Translations under genes and position numbers: made by a program | From: a virus | Strand: one strand, 5' to 3' | Virus record (IMG/VR): IMGVR_UViG_3300021185_003122 | Coordinates: 16,260 to 80,259 of that record | DNA: 64,000 nucleotides | In this document: positions 17,535 through 28,092 of the stretch, piece after piece | Layout of the letters: the number at the start of each line of letters is the position of its first letter | Position numbering within the stretch: the stretch's first letter is position 1 | The notes under the pieces: model-generated | Told to the model about the DNA's origin: nothing | The model's database searches: none | What the model saw: the letters and a program-made list of their open reading frames with translations, nothing else

Positions 17535-17699
17535 CTACACATCGCAGTCTTCTTTATGTTTACTAAACCATCCTCCACACTTACATTTAATCCAGTAAGT
17601 CGTAGTAGCTATTAATGGTGAAGCAGCAGCGGCAGTCCAAATGTTTGGGTGCCAATGCTCTCCACAAAATCCTAACGTATGTCTTATAACTTCTACCAT
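17535..17699 (-). CDS. small hypothetical protein (54 aa)
   Basis: MVEVIRHTLGFCGEHWHPNIW...; TAATG coupling to the DUF932 gene. Confidence 0.55.
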   Translation of the reverse strand: MVEVIRHTLGFCGEHWHPNIWTAAAASPLIATTTYWIKCKCGGWFSKHKEDCDV

Positions 17700-18541
17700 T
17701 ATACTAATGCTGTAGCTAACTTAAACAACTCTTTATTTACTTTCATATCCTTCTCAAAGGATTTGATCTTTCTAACCTTTCTAACTTTAGCACCTCTCAA
17801 TGCAGCATGAAACTCTCCTTGAGTAATCTTCTCTTGAACTACATTGAAGACTCTCCAAAGGTCATCTCCTTTATCAGCATCTCTTTTAGGGTCTAAAATA
17901 TCTTCTATAGTTTCAGCATCATAATCAAACTTGGTAGCTTCTTCACTGCCTGGAGTAATATTAGCTCTAATTAACATAGCATCTAAAGCTAGTTTATTCT
18001 TCTCTTCTTGAGTAAGAACTCTATCCTTCATATCATTCATAACCTTAACCTTATTAGGAAGATCAGCTACAGCTTGATTGACTACGCCTCTCAACTCATC
18101 AAACGTATAACCTTTATGCTTAATCTTAAAGTCACTAAACTGTTCATCAGCAACAACTAAACCATTAGAACATACTAATCTAAATATACCAACGCTAAAC
18201 TTAAACGCTTGCATACCATCATGAGAGTTAGTCATAATAATTCTAGGAAAAGAATCATCACCGTCACTACCTTTAATTTTAATCTCAGGGTTCTGGAAAG
18301 CAATCATATGCTTACTAAATATAGTACCATTACCTCTGCCTTTTCTTTGAGCAGCTTGAACCGGTTTCCAACCTAACTTATCTAAATCATCTATAATCGT
18401 TTCAGTATTAACGAATAGATATCTTTTACTAACATCTGGGTTAGTAGGAGCCTCAGCGAACGCTAGAGGACAAACTTCTTTTAATTGTTCCTTACTCATA
18501 TAATCTTGAGCACTATTGAAACTTAACATAACATCTGACAT
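17699..18541 (-). CDS. DUF932/DUF945 family protein
   Basis: NSHDG...FRLVCSNG...LWRVFNVVQE; promoter at 18565-18596. Confidence 0.85.
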   Translation of the reverse strand: MSDVMLSFNSAQDYMSKEQLKEVCPLAFAEAPTNPDVSKRYLFVNTETIIDDLDKLGWKPVQAAQRKGRGNGTIFSKHMIAFQNPEIKIKGSDGDDSFPRIIMTNSHDGMQAFKFSVGIFRLVCSNGLVVADEQFSDFKIKHKGYTFDELRGVVNQAVADLPNKVKVMNDMKDRVLTQEEKNKLALDAMLIRANITPGSEEATKFDYDAETIEDILDPKRDADKGDDLWRVFNVVQEKITQGEFHAALRGAKVRKVRKIKSFEKDMKVNKELFKLATALV

Positions 18542-18603
18542 AACTTATTTATTTTTATTTATTATTAATATACGAATTATCTTTGTAACTACCAACTAAT
18601 TGA

Positions 18604-19344
18604 CTAACTTTCTGCACCTATAGTACCTTGCCAGCCAACTCTATTTCTATTCTGTAAGCTAAATAACCTTACAGACATATCTCCTCCTCTACGATTTTTA
18701 GAGAAGTAAAAGGTTCTTTCACCTTCTTTAGTCCATTCCATATGAGCCATTCCAGTCATCATATGTTTGAATCTATTACTTCCGGCAAACTCTCCACCTT
18801 TAGTAACTTGCTGAATAACTAGAAATGCAGTATTGATATTAGCATCGTTTTCACCTAAGTTATGTTTTTCGAATAAATTAAGTAATTCAGTTTCAGCTTT
18901 TTTAGATGACATCCATCCTTTGTGAGTATCTACTATAGCATTTTGAACCTCAGCCATAGAGTCAATTAGAACAACATCCCATCCTTTTGACAGAATATCA
19001 TTACATACATCTAAGGCATTCTCTTCAGCATAGTCACCCATAAATAAAATAGGAAGATCACCAAACTTAGGATATCTTTTCACATACCCGTACATATCTA
19101 TGCTATTCATCTCTCCGGAAATAAACAGTACCTTCTTACCTTGCTTTTCTAAGTCAGCTAACATATCCATCATAACAGTAGTCTTTCCTATTCCAGGATC
19201 ACCTACGATAGCATAGTTAGTTCCTTTCATCAAACCTCCTTGTGATGAAAAATGTGAATCAACGATTCGTCCTGATTTCATTGGACGAAATAGAGAAGGA
19301 TCGAATGTTACGTCCTTCATTTTTACAGTACTAATTGTTTTCAT
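18604..19344 (-). CDS. RadA/Sms-like P-loop ATPase
   Basis: GDPGIGKT, ISGE, LIDS, QVTKGGEFAG, KNR. Confidence 0.85.
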   Translation of the reverse strand: MKTISTVKMKDVTFDPSLFRPMKSGRIVDSHFSSQGGLMKGTNYAIVGDPGIGKTTVMMDMLADLEKQGKKVLFISGEMNSIDMYGYVKRYPKFGDLPILFMGDYAEENALDVCNDILSKGWDVVLIDSMAEVQNAIVDTHKGWMSSKKAETELLNLFEKHNLGENDANINTAFLVIQQVTKGGEFAGSNRFKHMMTGMAHMEWTKEGERTFYFSKNRRGGDMSVRLFSLQNRNRVGWQGTIGAES

Positions 19345-19394
19345 AACCTTTATTTGACATAAATATACGAACTTTATCTCAGTAAGCCAACTTT

Positions 19395-20654
19395 TTAACT
19401 GACTATTTTAATAAATTTTCCACCTGAGTATTTCCATTTTATATTATTAGAGAAATCATTTGAAGTAAAATAAATTTCTCCATCCTTATTATAAATGGAC
19501 ATCCAATAGATCCATCCCCTTTGTGGATTATCAACATAAGATCTTGCTTCATTGACTCCATAATCAAAATAGTTAAAAGTAACATCAGTCAATGTTGCTC
19601 CATCTATGACTTGAATAAATGTACTTTCATAAAATGGATCTATTTGAGTTCTAGTTAAAAATATTTCCATTATATTATCTCCATTCATATCATAAAAATC
19701 TATATCAGTTATAACACTCCAAGGAGATAGAGATGGAAGCTCTATTATATCATGATAACCTTCTGATGAGCCTTTAATAATAACAGATGGGGTAACGTCT
19801 CCTCCTAAGTAATCTTGTTCATGACCTGCTAGAAATATATCATTATATCCATCATTGTCATAATCAACTATCTCAGTAGAAAATTTCATCTGGAATTTAT
19901 ACTTATCATCATTACCTCCTATATAGTTATAGAATAAAATATTATTATTATCATAAGAATCATAAGTTTCTTGCCTTAACGGAACTAAATCGAAACTACC
20001 TCCATTATTATAAAGAATGTAAGACTTATCTATTCTAGGAGCTAAAGCAAGAATATCTAAATCACCATCGTTGTCTAAATCTCCTGAAGCAGTAGAATGA
20101 AAATATCCTATGTTACTTTCATATCTAGTTTCTGTAAAAGTACCGTCTCCATTATTCATAAGAAGTACATTATGCTCTCCAGGCCAAGGTTCGTAATCTA
20201 ATCCAGTACCAGCAAAAAACATATCAGGATAAGAATCTGAATTAAAGTCATTGACTATGCCTTTCCTACCATGAACTAATCCATTGAATGAACCAGGAGA
20301 GTAATTTGTACTGAAGGTATTGTCTTTGTTGCCTTTTAAAAATAGAAACTTATTAACATTAGTAGTACCGTAATCAGAGTTACTATCAACTATATCTAAT
20401 ATTCCATCATTATCAAAATCAAGCATAACTGCATCCAAAGGAGGACTCCAATTAGAAAACTCTCTGTAATTATAATCTACTTCCGGAAGCGGAATAGAAG
20501 TAAAGTAAGACGGTTTAGAATAATCTATATTAAAATTATCTATTAGTTTATTTTCTATTGGTATTGGAGTAGGAGTAGGAAGAGGTTCATAAACATCTTC
20601 TTTACTACATCCAATTAGAAAAATTAATATTATAGAAGTTAAAAATTTATTCAT
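19395..20654 (-). CDS. FG-GAP/VCBS repeat lipoprotein
   Basis: LIGC lipobox; repeated DxDxDGxxD motifs. Confidence 0.8.
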   Translation of the reverse strand: MNKFLTSIILIFLIGCSKEDVYEPLPTPTPIPIENKLIDNFNIDYSKPSYFTSIPLPEVDYNYREFSNWSPPLDAVMLDFDNDGILDIVDSNSDYGTTNVNKFLFLKGNKDNTFSTNYSPGSFNGLVHGRKGIVNDFNSDSYPDMFFAGTGLDYEPWPGEHNVLLMNNGDGTFTETRYESNIGYFHSTASGDLDNDGDLDILALAPRIDKSYILYNNGGSFDLVPLRQETYDSYDNNNILFYNYIGGNDDKYKFQMKFSTEIVDYDNDGYNDIFLAGHEQDYLGGDVTPSVIIKGSSEGYHDIIELPSLSPWSVITDIDFYDMNGDNIMEIFLTRTQIDPFYESTFIQVIDGATLTDVTFNYFDYGVNEARSYVDNPQRGWIYWMSIYNKDGEIYFTSNDFSNNIKWKYSGGKFIKIVS

Positions 20655-20655
20655 A

Positions 20656-21444
20656 TTATAATTTTACGTTTGTAAAGGTTTCATGAATAGCTTTTAATGA
20701 CTTTAATCTTACATCAGAAGATCTTCCTACTGCATGGTAAATAAATGATTCATATTTGAACCTATTATCTTTCAGTAACTTTTTATTAATAACAAAGTCC
20801 TGATTTCTCTGACTGTATTTAGTATATGGTTCATAATTACCATCTACATTCATTCTATTATATTTTGAATCTAATATTATTCTAGGAATATTTAACTTAA
20901 CTATTAGATAACAAAGAACCATTTGTTCTGGCCAGTGAGACATCCATGCTACTTTAGAAAACTTATCAGTAAGATTATCGTTATCAAACAAATGCTTCAT
21001 TTCTTTTGTGTAGACTACTACTCCGGAATTAAAACAAGATTCAATATCAAAATAATCTAGCCCAGTTCTAAACATCAATTCGGAATAATTTTGCATAAAG
21101 AATGAAATATCTAAATGAATCGAATTGGGAACTGCAGCAACATAGCCAGCAGGAACTTGTTCAAATAAATTAGGACAAATAGGATTTATATAGCATGTAT
21201 CATCCAACCAGAGAACTTTATCATATCTCTCTAATGCTTCTTTAACCCATAATAATTTTTTAAGGTATGCTTTATTATTACTTCTACCTATTTTAAAATT
21301 ATTTAGATCATCAGGAATTGTTATGTCACTACAAATGTGAACATCGGCATCTACTTTTTTAGCATACTCATACATTGAGTAATAAGAATACTTTTTAAAA
21401 GGTCTGTTGCCTATACTTCCAGTAAGAATAACTTTGTTCTTCAT
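20656..21444 (-). CDS. GT-A glycosyltransferase (GT8-like)
   Basis: VLWLDD, FNSGV, EQ, IYH motifs. Confidence 0.75.
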   Translation of the reverse strand: MKNKVILTGSIGNRPFKKYSYYSMYEYAKKVDADVHICSDITIPDDLNNFKIGRSNNKAYLKKLLWVKEALERYDKVLWLDDTCYINPICPNLFEQVPAGYVAAVPNSIHLDISFFMQNYSELMFRTGLDYFDIESCFNSGVVVYTKEMKHLFDNDNLTDKFSKVAWMSHWPEQMVLCYLIVKLNIPRIILDSKYNRMNVDGNYEPYTKYSQRNQDFVINKKLLKDNRFKYESFIYHAVGRSSDVRLKSLKAIHETFTNVKL

Positions 21445-21495
21445 ATATAACCTTTATTGACATAAAGATAAGAAAAAAAAGTCACTTATCCAACT

Positions 21496-22461
21496 TTATT
21501 TAAGTAATTCAGGAGATGGATTACTTATCTTTTTATTGATTTGTCTGTACCTTTGTATGAAGTAACTTGCTATGTCTTTATGAAACTCTTGATCATAATG
21601 AAGATAATCCCTAGACTTAGAATAAGTTCTTTTCATCTTAAACTTTTTACCTAAAGTAAGAGAGCAGTATTCTTCATATTCATGCCCATAATAATTTGGG
21701 TTAGGCATAAATATTAGATTAATATTATTAGATTCACATAAGTACTGAATAGCATTTATATTTCTTTTGAATGACAATGCCATACTTTCTTCAGTTAAAA
21801 AGTAATTCCTATAATTTTCTATAAGCTCTTTTCTTCTGGTATCTATACCATCTGGATCCTTATCGTACACATTTAAAATAGCAGGAGTCAAAGTAGTCTT
21901 TCTAACATAATTATAATCTTCCGACCAGTAGTAATAAAGCTCTCTTGCTCTTTCCGGAATCAAAAGCATTACTGTATCTATCTTCATCCTAGGAAGTTCA
22001 TATGCAAGAACTTTGTACGCCTCACTGAGCGAACCTCCAGGTATTCCTCCGTTTAAAACTGGTTTGTTCAAAGATTTAGAAACTAAATAAGGCCAGACTT
22101 TATCTTCAAAATTACCGGCACCGAAAGTATCACTGCACCCTAATGTAAGTATAGAGTTTTCTTTATGAACTACTTTGTCTGCTGTACATCTTCTATATCC
22201 GAACTTATTGTATCTATACCTTAAGTGAATGATGTCTCCATATTCATCTACCCAGCCTTTCTTTATATACTTTTTAAATAATTTTGGATCCTTGATGTCT
22301 TCTCTCAATTGATCAACTCCTTTTTGTTCAACATCTTCTTGCAACTTATTTTGAAACATATGATGCTTACCAAAAATGATTGGAGAGATATATGAAGAAC
22401 TAAAATTATCTGTGTTTAAAAAATTATTACAGGCTTTGTTTAAGGCTTCTATATCCTTCAT
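21496..22461 (-). CDS. SGNH-like hypothetical protein
   Basis: LGCSDTFG...N.G...DYLH. Confidence 0.55.
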   Translation of the reverse strand: MKDIEALNKACNNFLNTDNFSSSYISPIIFGKHHMFQNKLQEDVEQKGVDQLREDIKDPKLFKKYIKKGWVDEYGDIIHLRYRYNKFGYRRCTADKVVHKENSILTLGCSDTFGAGNFEDKVWPYLVSKSLNKPVLNGGIPGGSLSEAYKVLAYELPRMKIDTVMLLIPERARELYYYWSEDYNYVRKTTLTPAILNVYDKDPDGIDTRRKELIENYRNYFLTEESMALSFKRNINAIQYLCESNNINLIFMPNPNYYGHEYEEYCSLTLGKKFKMKRTYSKSRDYLHYDQEFHKDIASYFIQRYRQINKKISNPSPELLK

Positions 22462-22823
22462 TATTTAATACTTTCTAAAAGCTTCCAACAGTCAATTTGC
22501 TCATCAGCTAACTCCTCTACATGAAGGTGTTCTAGACAGCTTTCAAGAGCATTTCTCCATTGTGATTTAGGAAGAGATATTTCATACATAGTATCAGCTT
22601 CTTCAAATGTAATCTCAAATAAAGGAGCAGAACGTTTATCTTTTCTAAATGCAGTATCTATTCCATTAACAATTGATCTTGTAACTGATAGCGTCTTTCT
22701 TTTAAATAAACCTTCGAATTCGTTTGTGTTATTAAAATGTAATCTAACCACGGTTTTCTGATATTTTTCTAGCTTTATCCCAGATCTCATTCTTCTCAAA
22801 AGAACCTGTATCTGAAAAGTCAA
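22461..22823 (-). CDS. hypothetical protein
   Basis: ORF; start uncertain. Confidence 0.6.
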   Translation of the reverse strand: MTFQIQVLLRRMRSGIKLEKYQKTVVRLHFNNTNEFEGLFKRKTLSVTRSIVNGIDTAFRKDKRSAPLFEITFEEADTMYEISLPKSQWRNALESCLEHLHVEELADEQIDCWKLLESIK

Positions 22824-23061
22824 CTATGTTATTTGTGCCCCAAGTATAGACTGGGCCATGATATTCGTAAGTAGTCATAGGAACTACTACGTTACCTAGT
22901 TCAGCATAGTCTGGTTCTGTAATCCTTCTAGGACCGTTAAATGCTCTAAAGTCTTTTGTAGTAACTCTAGTCCATTTCTCATTAAAGAATATTTCTAATA
23001 CACCAGCAGTATTATATTCATTAATAAGACTCTGTTGTTCTAATCCTCTCTTTTCTGCCAT
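22744..23061 (-). CDS. hypothetical protein
   Basis: 105 aa, promoter at 23077-23108. Confidence 0.7.
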   Translation of the reverse strand: MAEKRGLEQQSLINEYNTAGVLEIFFNEKWTRVTTKDFRAFNGPRRITEPDYAELGNVVVPMTTYEYHGPVYTWGTNNIVDFSDTGSFEKNEIWDKARKISENRG

Positions 23062-23095
23062 AACCTTTTATTTAACTAAATATAAGAAAACTTAT

Positions 23096-23686
23096 TTAGA
23101 ATTCCAACTTATAGTCACTAAACTTTATCATATAAGAAGTCATTTTAGTTCCGTTACCGTCTTTAAATTCGTACCCTTTTCTAAAGAACTTCTTTACATT
23201 GCCTGGACCAGCTAAATGTGCTGCTGCTAATATACCAGACTCTGTAATAAAAATACCATTGACAGTTTCTCCATGATACTTTTCTATCTGCCTTCTTAAT
23301 ATATGTTTATTGTGATTTAATAAAGCATACATAGCCTCTTCTTGAATTGAAGCATTAGCTAAAAACTCTCTATTAGATACATCTTTATATCCTAATGCGT
23401 TAAGAGTTTTTCTACCAAACTGATACTTGCCTAAATATCCAAATTGGTTAACTGCTTTATAATTTCCGGAAGACTCTCTCATTCCTAAGTCTTCTAAAAA
23501 CTTTGTGTGATTTTTAATAATAAGCTCTACTTTTGGAGCTTCTATCTTTGGGGTAGTTTCGATCAAGGCCAAGGGCCTGAGAGGTTCTTCTACTACTGTT
23601 TCAACTGTCATTCTTGCCGCCATCGTAAATGCCATAACAAATGTAGATGCTAAAGACACACCGATGGTTAAAATTAAGTTTCTCAT
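23096..23686 (-). CDS. lysozyme-like/lytic transglycosylase with N-terminal signal
   Basis: RESSGNY...GKYQF...AAAHLAG. Confidence 0.75.
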   Translation of the reverse strand: MRNLILTIGVSLASTFVMAFTMAARMTVETVVEEPLRPLALIETTPKIEAPKVELIIKNHTKFLEDLGMRESSGNYKAVNQFGYLGKYQFGRKTLNALGYKDVSNREFLANASIQEEAMYALLNHNKHILRRQIEKYHGETVNGIFITESGILAAAHLAGPGNVKKFFRKGYEFKDGNGTKMTSYMIKFSDYKLEF

Positions 23687-23700
23687 AAAATAGTTTTAAA

Positions 23701-23850
23701 TTAAAATAGATCGAGGAAGTTTGTATCGATCTTTTTTTCCCTTAACTTATCGTTAAGTTCAGACTTCTTTACTAAGTCGTCTGCTACTCTTCTTTCAAGA
23801 GGTTTCTTTTTTTTCCAAGTCGAAAACTTATTATTTTTCTTTTTGGCCAT
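23701..23850 (-). CDS. small basic protein (49 aa)
   Basis: MAKKKNNKFSTWKKKKPLERR...; CTATTTAT-N4-ATG start. Confidence 0.6.
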   Translation of the reverse strand: MAKKKNNKFSTWKKKKPLERRVADDLVKKSELNDKLREKKIDTNFLDLF

Positions 23851-23864
23851 GTGTATAAATAGTT

Positions 23865-24500
23865 TTATAGTCTGGAAATGTATTCACTTCCATCCTCCTT
23901 ATTATCTTCTTCGTATAAACCTAAGCTTTTTAGATGTTCTATATGAGCTTCATCTAATTCCCAATCTGGTTCATCATCTTTAGTCTTAACGTAATCTTCC
24001 ATTGCCTCTGCTTGTTTCTCTTCTATAGGCGATGCTGCATATAGAAAGGAGCAATTGTAGCAGAGAAACTCTAAATTATCTAAATGCCAATTCTTTTTGT
24101 TGCCATCTATAAAATTTAAGATAACTGGAACTTTAGTATCTTTGATACGTCTTTCTGAAAATCCACAAGAGTTACATTTCTCTTCTATCATTCCTTCAAA
24201 GATTAATCTCTCTTTAATCTCTTTAGCTTTGAAATGCTCTATTGGTACTCTTCCTTCTAATAAATCCATAAGAGGAATCTGACTAGAACCTTTTAATGCA
24301 AACTTTGGAATACCTACTCCTGATTGATTCTTGTGAGCTTCTAATAAAGTAACCCCATCATCATTCTTGTACATCTTTGCATACTTTTTGTAATGATTAT
24401 AAGATACATGTAGGTATCTTGATGCGGCTAGATTAGATCTAGTCATCTTCATTGCACGGAGAATATCCTCCTTAGTAAGTATTTTAGTTGGAGTTGGCAT
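23865..24500 (-). CDS. HNH-like zinc-binding nuclease domain protein
   Basis: CNSCG...NFIDGNKKNWHLDNLEFLCYNC. Confidence 0.7.
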   Translation of the reverse strand: MPTPTKILTKEDILRAMKMTRSNLAASRYLHVSYNHYKKYAKMYKNDDGVTLLEAHKNQSGVGIPKFALKGSSQIPLMDLLEGRVPIEHFKAKEIKERLIFEGMIEEKCNSCGFSERRIKDTKVPVILNFIDGNKKNWHLDNLEFLCYNCSFLYAASPIEEKQAEAMEDYVKTKDDEPDWELDEAHIEHLKSLGLYEEDNKEDGSEYISRL

Positions 24501-24883
24501 TAATAGTCTATTCCTTCTATTCCTTCTTGTTCTTTATTAGGATCAAATGAATCATATTCTTCTTCTTCATCCTCAAGTACTTGATTTACTTTCTCTTTAA
24601 CTGATTGTGATATAGCTGATTCATCTGTATCTAGGTCAAGCATCTCAAGATGAACTTTCTTACCTGATAACTCAGCTTCTTTCTGTGCTATAGAAAAAGC
24701 TCTATCTTGATCCATAATAATAATATCATTATATGTATGGTCTCCTGAGCCTTCTACAGTGGTTATACCTACTACAGGTTTAGCTGTAGAACAATCAACA
24801 CATACGTGATAGCCTAACTCTTTTCTCTTTACTGGTAATCTGTCCTCGTTACATGCAGGACAATTAATCATTTCTAATTGCAT
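24500..24883 (-). CDS. TraR-like C4 zinc-finger protein with acidic tail
   Basis: CPAC...R..LG...CVDC; promoter at 24910-24941. Confidence 0.6.
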   Translation of the reverse strand: MQLEMINCPACNEDRLPVKRKELGYHVCVDCSTAKPVVGITTVEGSGDHTYNDIIIMDQDRAFSIAQKEAELSGKKVHLEMLDLDTDESAISQSVKEKVNQVLEDEEEEYDSFDPNKEQEGIEGIDY

Positions 24884-24928
24884 ATTATAACCGTTTTAAA
24901 TATTAGATATAAATATAAGAAGAATATA

Positions 24929-25930
24929 TTAAATAAACAACTTTTTACTACTATTTTTAGACTTAACTATCTCTTGTTTAGAGTACTTAATATACCAGTC
25001 TTCTATATACATTTCCTTAAATCTAAAAGGATTTTTCCTGCCTTTCATAGATGTTTTAATATAACCATTTACTATCATATTTAAATCTTTAATATCACCT
25101 ACTAAATTAGCAATAGGAACTCCACATTTTGGTTCTACTTCATTTGCAACATACCAATTGGTCATTGTTTCACTTAAAAAATTATCTCTATGACCTAAAG
25201 CAAAAGAACCATTCCAGACATTTTCATTAACAATATCATACTGAGTAGGATCATCATTATCAAAATATGCAGTTTGAAGATTTTTACCTCTCATACAATC
25301 TACTGGAAGCCATAAGTGACCATCATCACCTTTAATAGTAGAGTAATTAAAGTCGTCTTTTTCAAAATCTATTATAGGTTTATCTTTAAAGTTAAACATT
25401 AATTCCTCATATTGAAATCCTAAATGTCTAGGATTATCATAATGATAAAACTCTTCTATTTTATGAACTCCAGCATTTATAGACTCTAGTATTGATAATC
25501 TCTTAACTGAATCTAATAATGAAGCATCTCCTTTAACATCTCCACCCCATGATGTAAAGTTAGAATGGTACATATGAGTAAATGTTCTATGAAGATAGTT
25601 TAAAAACTGTCTCTTTTCTTCTGATTTACTTTTGAACTCTAATGTATCTATATCAATAGGATAATCTATACCTGTAAATTTAACTGCTGTCTTTATAGAT
25701 TGCTTTAGCTCTTCTGTAAGTTGGTCTATTTTGTTTTGATCCCAAGGTAAACCTCCTGCAGGTAAACTATAATTTTCTATAGTAGGTTGTGAGCTCTGAA
25801 TATTTTCATTTAAAACCTGAACAAATTTATGAGTAAAAAAATTATTCTGAAACTGAAAAGAAAGTATTTTTTCAGAAACATCAGGTTGCCCGTCTTTATA
25901 TCCTATGTAATCAAATACTAGGTGAAGCAT
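24929..25930 (-). CDS. hypothetical protein
   Basis: 333-aa ORF. Confidence 0.7.
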   Translation of the reverse strand: MLHLVFDYIGYKDGQPDVSEKILSFQFQNNFFTHKFVQVLNENIQSSQPTIENYSLPAGGLPWDQNKIDQLTEELKQSIKTAVKFTGIDYPIDIDTLEFKSKSEEKRQFLNYLHRTFTHMYHSNFTSWGGDVKGDASLLDSVKRLSILESINAGVHKIEEFYHYDNPRHLGFQYEELMFNFKDKPIIDFEKDDFNYSTIKGDDGHLWLPVDCMRGKNLQTAYFDNDDPTQYDIVNENVWNGSFALGHRDNFLSETMTNWYVANEVEPKCGVPIANLVGDIKDLNMIVNGYIKTSMKGRKNPFRFKEMYIEDWYIKYSKQEIVKSKNSSKKLFI

Positions 25931-26330
25931 TAGTATATGAGCTTATAACTTTCCAGACATCTTCTGGTGTCTTAAATGGATGAGTAGTTTCTTTTTGGTT
26001 TTTTTCTAGAGTAATAGTACCGTCCCATTCTTTATCAGGAGCTAGTTGATACAAATACATTTGAATTAATGCAAGCTGTTCCTTACTGAAGTGCATCTTC
26101 ATAAGGTTTTCTATAACATTAAAGAACTGATCTTCATATGCAGTCATATCCATTCCTATTTCATCTGCCATAAAATCTCTTCTGTCTTCTATTTTACGAA
26201 GCTGCAATATAACTTGAATAAATAATTTCTTATCCATAAATGATTTATCAGGAGATTTAATTTTAATTCGGTACGAAAGAGGATGAATTGAAAAAAGAGT
26301 TTGTCTTAATCTTTTTTTTGGGTCTATCAT
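25911..26330 (-). CDS. hypothetical protein
   Basis: 139-aa ORF overlapping its neighbours. Confidence 0.7.
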   Translation of the reverse strand: MIDPKKRLRQTLFSIHPLSYRIKIKSPDKSFMDKKLFIQVILQLRKIEDRRDFMADEIGMDMTAYEDQFFNVIENLMKMHFSKEQLALIQMYLYQLAPDKEWDGTITLEKNQKETTHPFKTPEDVWKVISSYTNASPSI

Positions 26331-26701
26331 AATTCTGGTTCTTCAGGTTCTACTTCGCTTGCTTCTGGGTTTTGATGTGATAATGCTTTTCTAATTATCT
26401 TATCAAAGTATTCGATGTAGATGAAGAATCCTATAATAGTTTTGTCTTTTAAATTACGATCTCTTTCGACTCTTAATTCAAACTCAGCTAAGCCTTGTTC
26501 TAGTCTTTCTTCTAATTCAATCGCAATGTCATTCTGTTGAGTAGGAGTAAGTGAACCGAACTCAGTTGGAATAAATTGAACTTTAACTCCTTTCTTCTGA
26601 GGGTCTTCATTTGTATCTACTTTGAGTAGAAAGCTATGACCGGCAAAGTTTATCTTTGCAGCCTCAGTAACCATGCTTATTAGTTCTTGTATTCTTTTCA
26701 T
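26327..26701 (-). CDS. hypothetical protein
   Basis: 124 aa; CTATTTAT-N4-ATG start. Confidence 0.7.
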   Translation of the reverse strand: MKRIQELISMVTEAAKINFAGHSFLLKVDTNEDPQKKGVKVQFIPTEFGSLTPTQQNDIAIELEERLEQGLAEFELRVERDRNLKDKTIIGFFIYIEYFDKIIRKALSHQNPEASEVEPEEPEL

Positions 26702-26713
26702 ATTAATAAATAG

Positions 26714-26887
26714 TTATCCAAACAGCATAGTTTTAGAATTAGCTGAACCTTCTTCTAATATTTTATGCTCTACGATGGATCTGTTTCTTTTCCATTGTTC
26801 GATAGACCACTCTAATCTATCAGTAGTAAGCTCTATTTCTACCTTTTTTCCGTCAGCGTGAGTAAATTCTACTATGTACTTTCTCAT
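26714..26887 (-). CDS. small hypothetical protein (57 aa)
   Basis: MRKYIVEFTHADGKKVEIELTTDRLEWSIEQW...; ATGA overlap. Confidence 0.6.
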   Translation of the reverse strand: MRKYIVEFTHADGKKVEIELTTDRLEWSIEQWKRNRSIVEHKILEEGSANSKTMLFG

Positions 26888-28092
26888 AATTTAATTAAGT
26901 CTTCTGTATAAGTTTTAAGCTTATGTATAGTAATAAATAGATTTCCTAACTGGAATTTACCTTCTTGTCCACTATCATCTAATATTTGAGTAAGCTTCTG
27001 CATATATTCAAAATCAGTATTGTTAAATAGTTTACCATTTACTTCAACTATTACATCATTAGTACATAAGTGAGCTAGTGAATGAACTCTATCCTGTAAA
27101 TTAATTTTAGTGTTAGGTTGCTCCTCTAGAATATAACTAGCAAAGTCTGAGTCTATACATATACAGTCACCCCATGGCTCTAATGCATGAAGAAGATTCT
27201 TGTTAGAGTTTTTTATTCTTATACCTATGTTATACTTATTAGGAACTATAGGTTTCATTAACGCATCATGCATGACAAAATGACCCCACTTACGAATAAA
27301 GTTACGAGTTGATCTTTGATTCTGTGCTAGCCATTCCGGACTGTCTTCATATATGTTTTTAGCCTTATCCAAAGTATTTCTTCTACTTCCTCTAGAAGTC
27401 ATATGGTATACAAATCCATCCCATACTTGCTTAAACTTAACTCCGTTCAATTGAAATCTATTAAATATATCTGAGTCTTCTTTTGATTGAGGAGCATATA
27501 AAGGATCATGTCCTCCTATCTCTTGAAAGTCTTTTCTATAAAATGCCCATGGAGCAAATATACCTTCAGTTACTTTAGAAGCATTCTTCATAGAAGGTAA
27601 CTGCTTAAGGAACTCCTCCTCTATAAATTCTTCTGGTTCTACTCCTCCGCTCCATAGTATCTTCTCTGGACCGTCTGGGTGTAATGGAGGTTCTATTCTA
27701 GTCAAAGATACTATAGTCTTCTCTTCTATCTCTCTTTCAACAGCATCTAATGCTCCAGGAGCTAAATACATATCGGCATGATAAATCATAGCGATATCAT
27801 TTGTTGCTACATCATTAACTAATGTATCATATAGTATTGTATGTCCTAATCTATCTGGTCCTTCATTTCTATGAGCTTTAAATAATGGATCTTTATCCAT
27901 CATCTCTATACACCAATCCCAAGTACCGTCTGTCGAAGCATCATCAGCTACACAAATTTCTACCTCATGGTTACCTTGATTCTTTCTTATAGCATCATAA
28001 GCCCACTTAAGATACTTTAAATTGTTCCTTCCAGGTTGTATTATACTTATCTTCATGGTAATATTTTTTATAATTGTCTTTAGCTGCTGCAC
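26884..28092 (-). CDS. GT2 glycosyltransferase
   Basis: ISIIQP, ADDASTDGT, HAD, EDSD; true start probably the internal MKISII. Confidence 0.85.
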   Translation of the reverse strand: MQQLKTIIKNITMKISIIQPGRNNLKYLKWAYDAIRKNQGNHEVEICVADDASTDGTWDWCIEMMDKDPLFKAHRNEGPDRLGHTILYDTLVNDVATNDIAMIYHADMYLAPGALDAVEREIEEKTIVSLTRIEPPLHPDGPEKILWSGGVEPEEFIEEEFLKQLPSMKNASKVTEGIFAPWAFYRKDFQEIGGHDPLYAPQSKEDSDIFNRFQLNGVKFKQVWDGFVYHMTSRGSRRNTLDKAKNIYEDSPEWLAQNQRSTRNFIRKWGHFVMHDALMKPIVPNKYNIGIRIKNSNKNLLHALEPWGDCICIDSDFASYILEEQPNTKINLQDRVHSLAHLCTNDVIVEVNGKLFNNTDFEYMQKLTQILDDSGQEGKFQLGNLFITIHKLKTYTEDLIKL

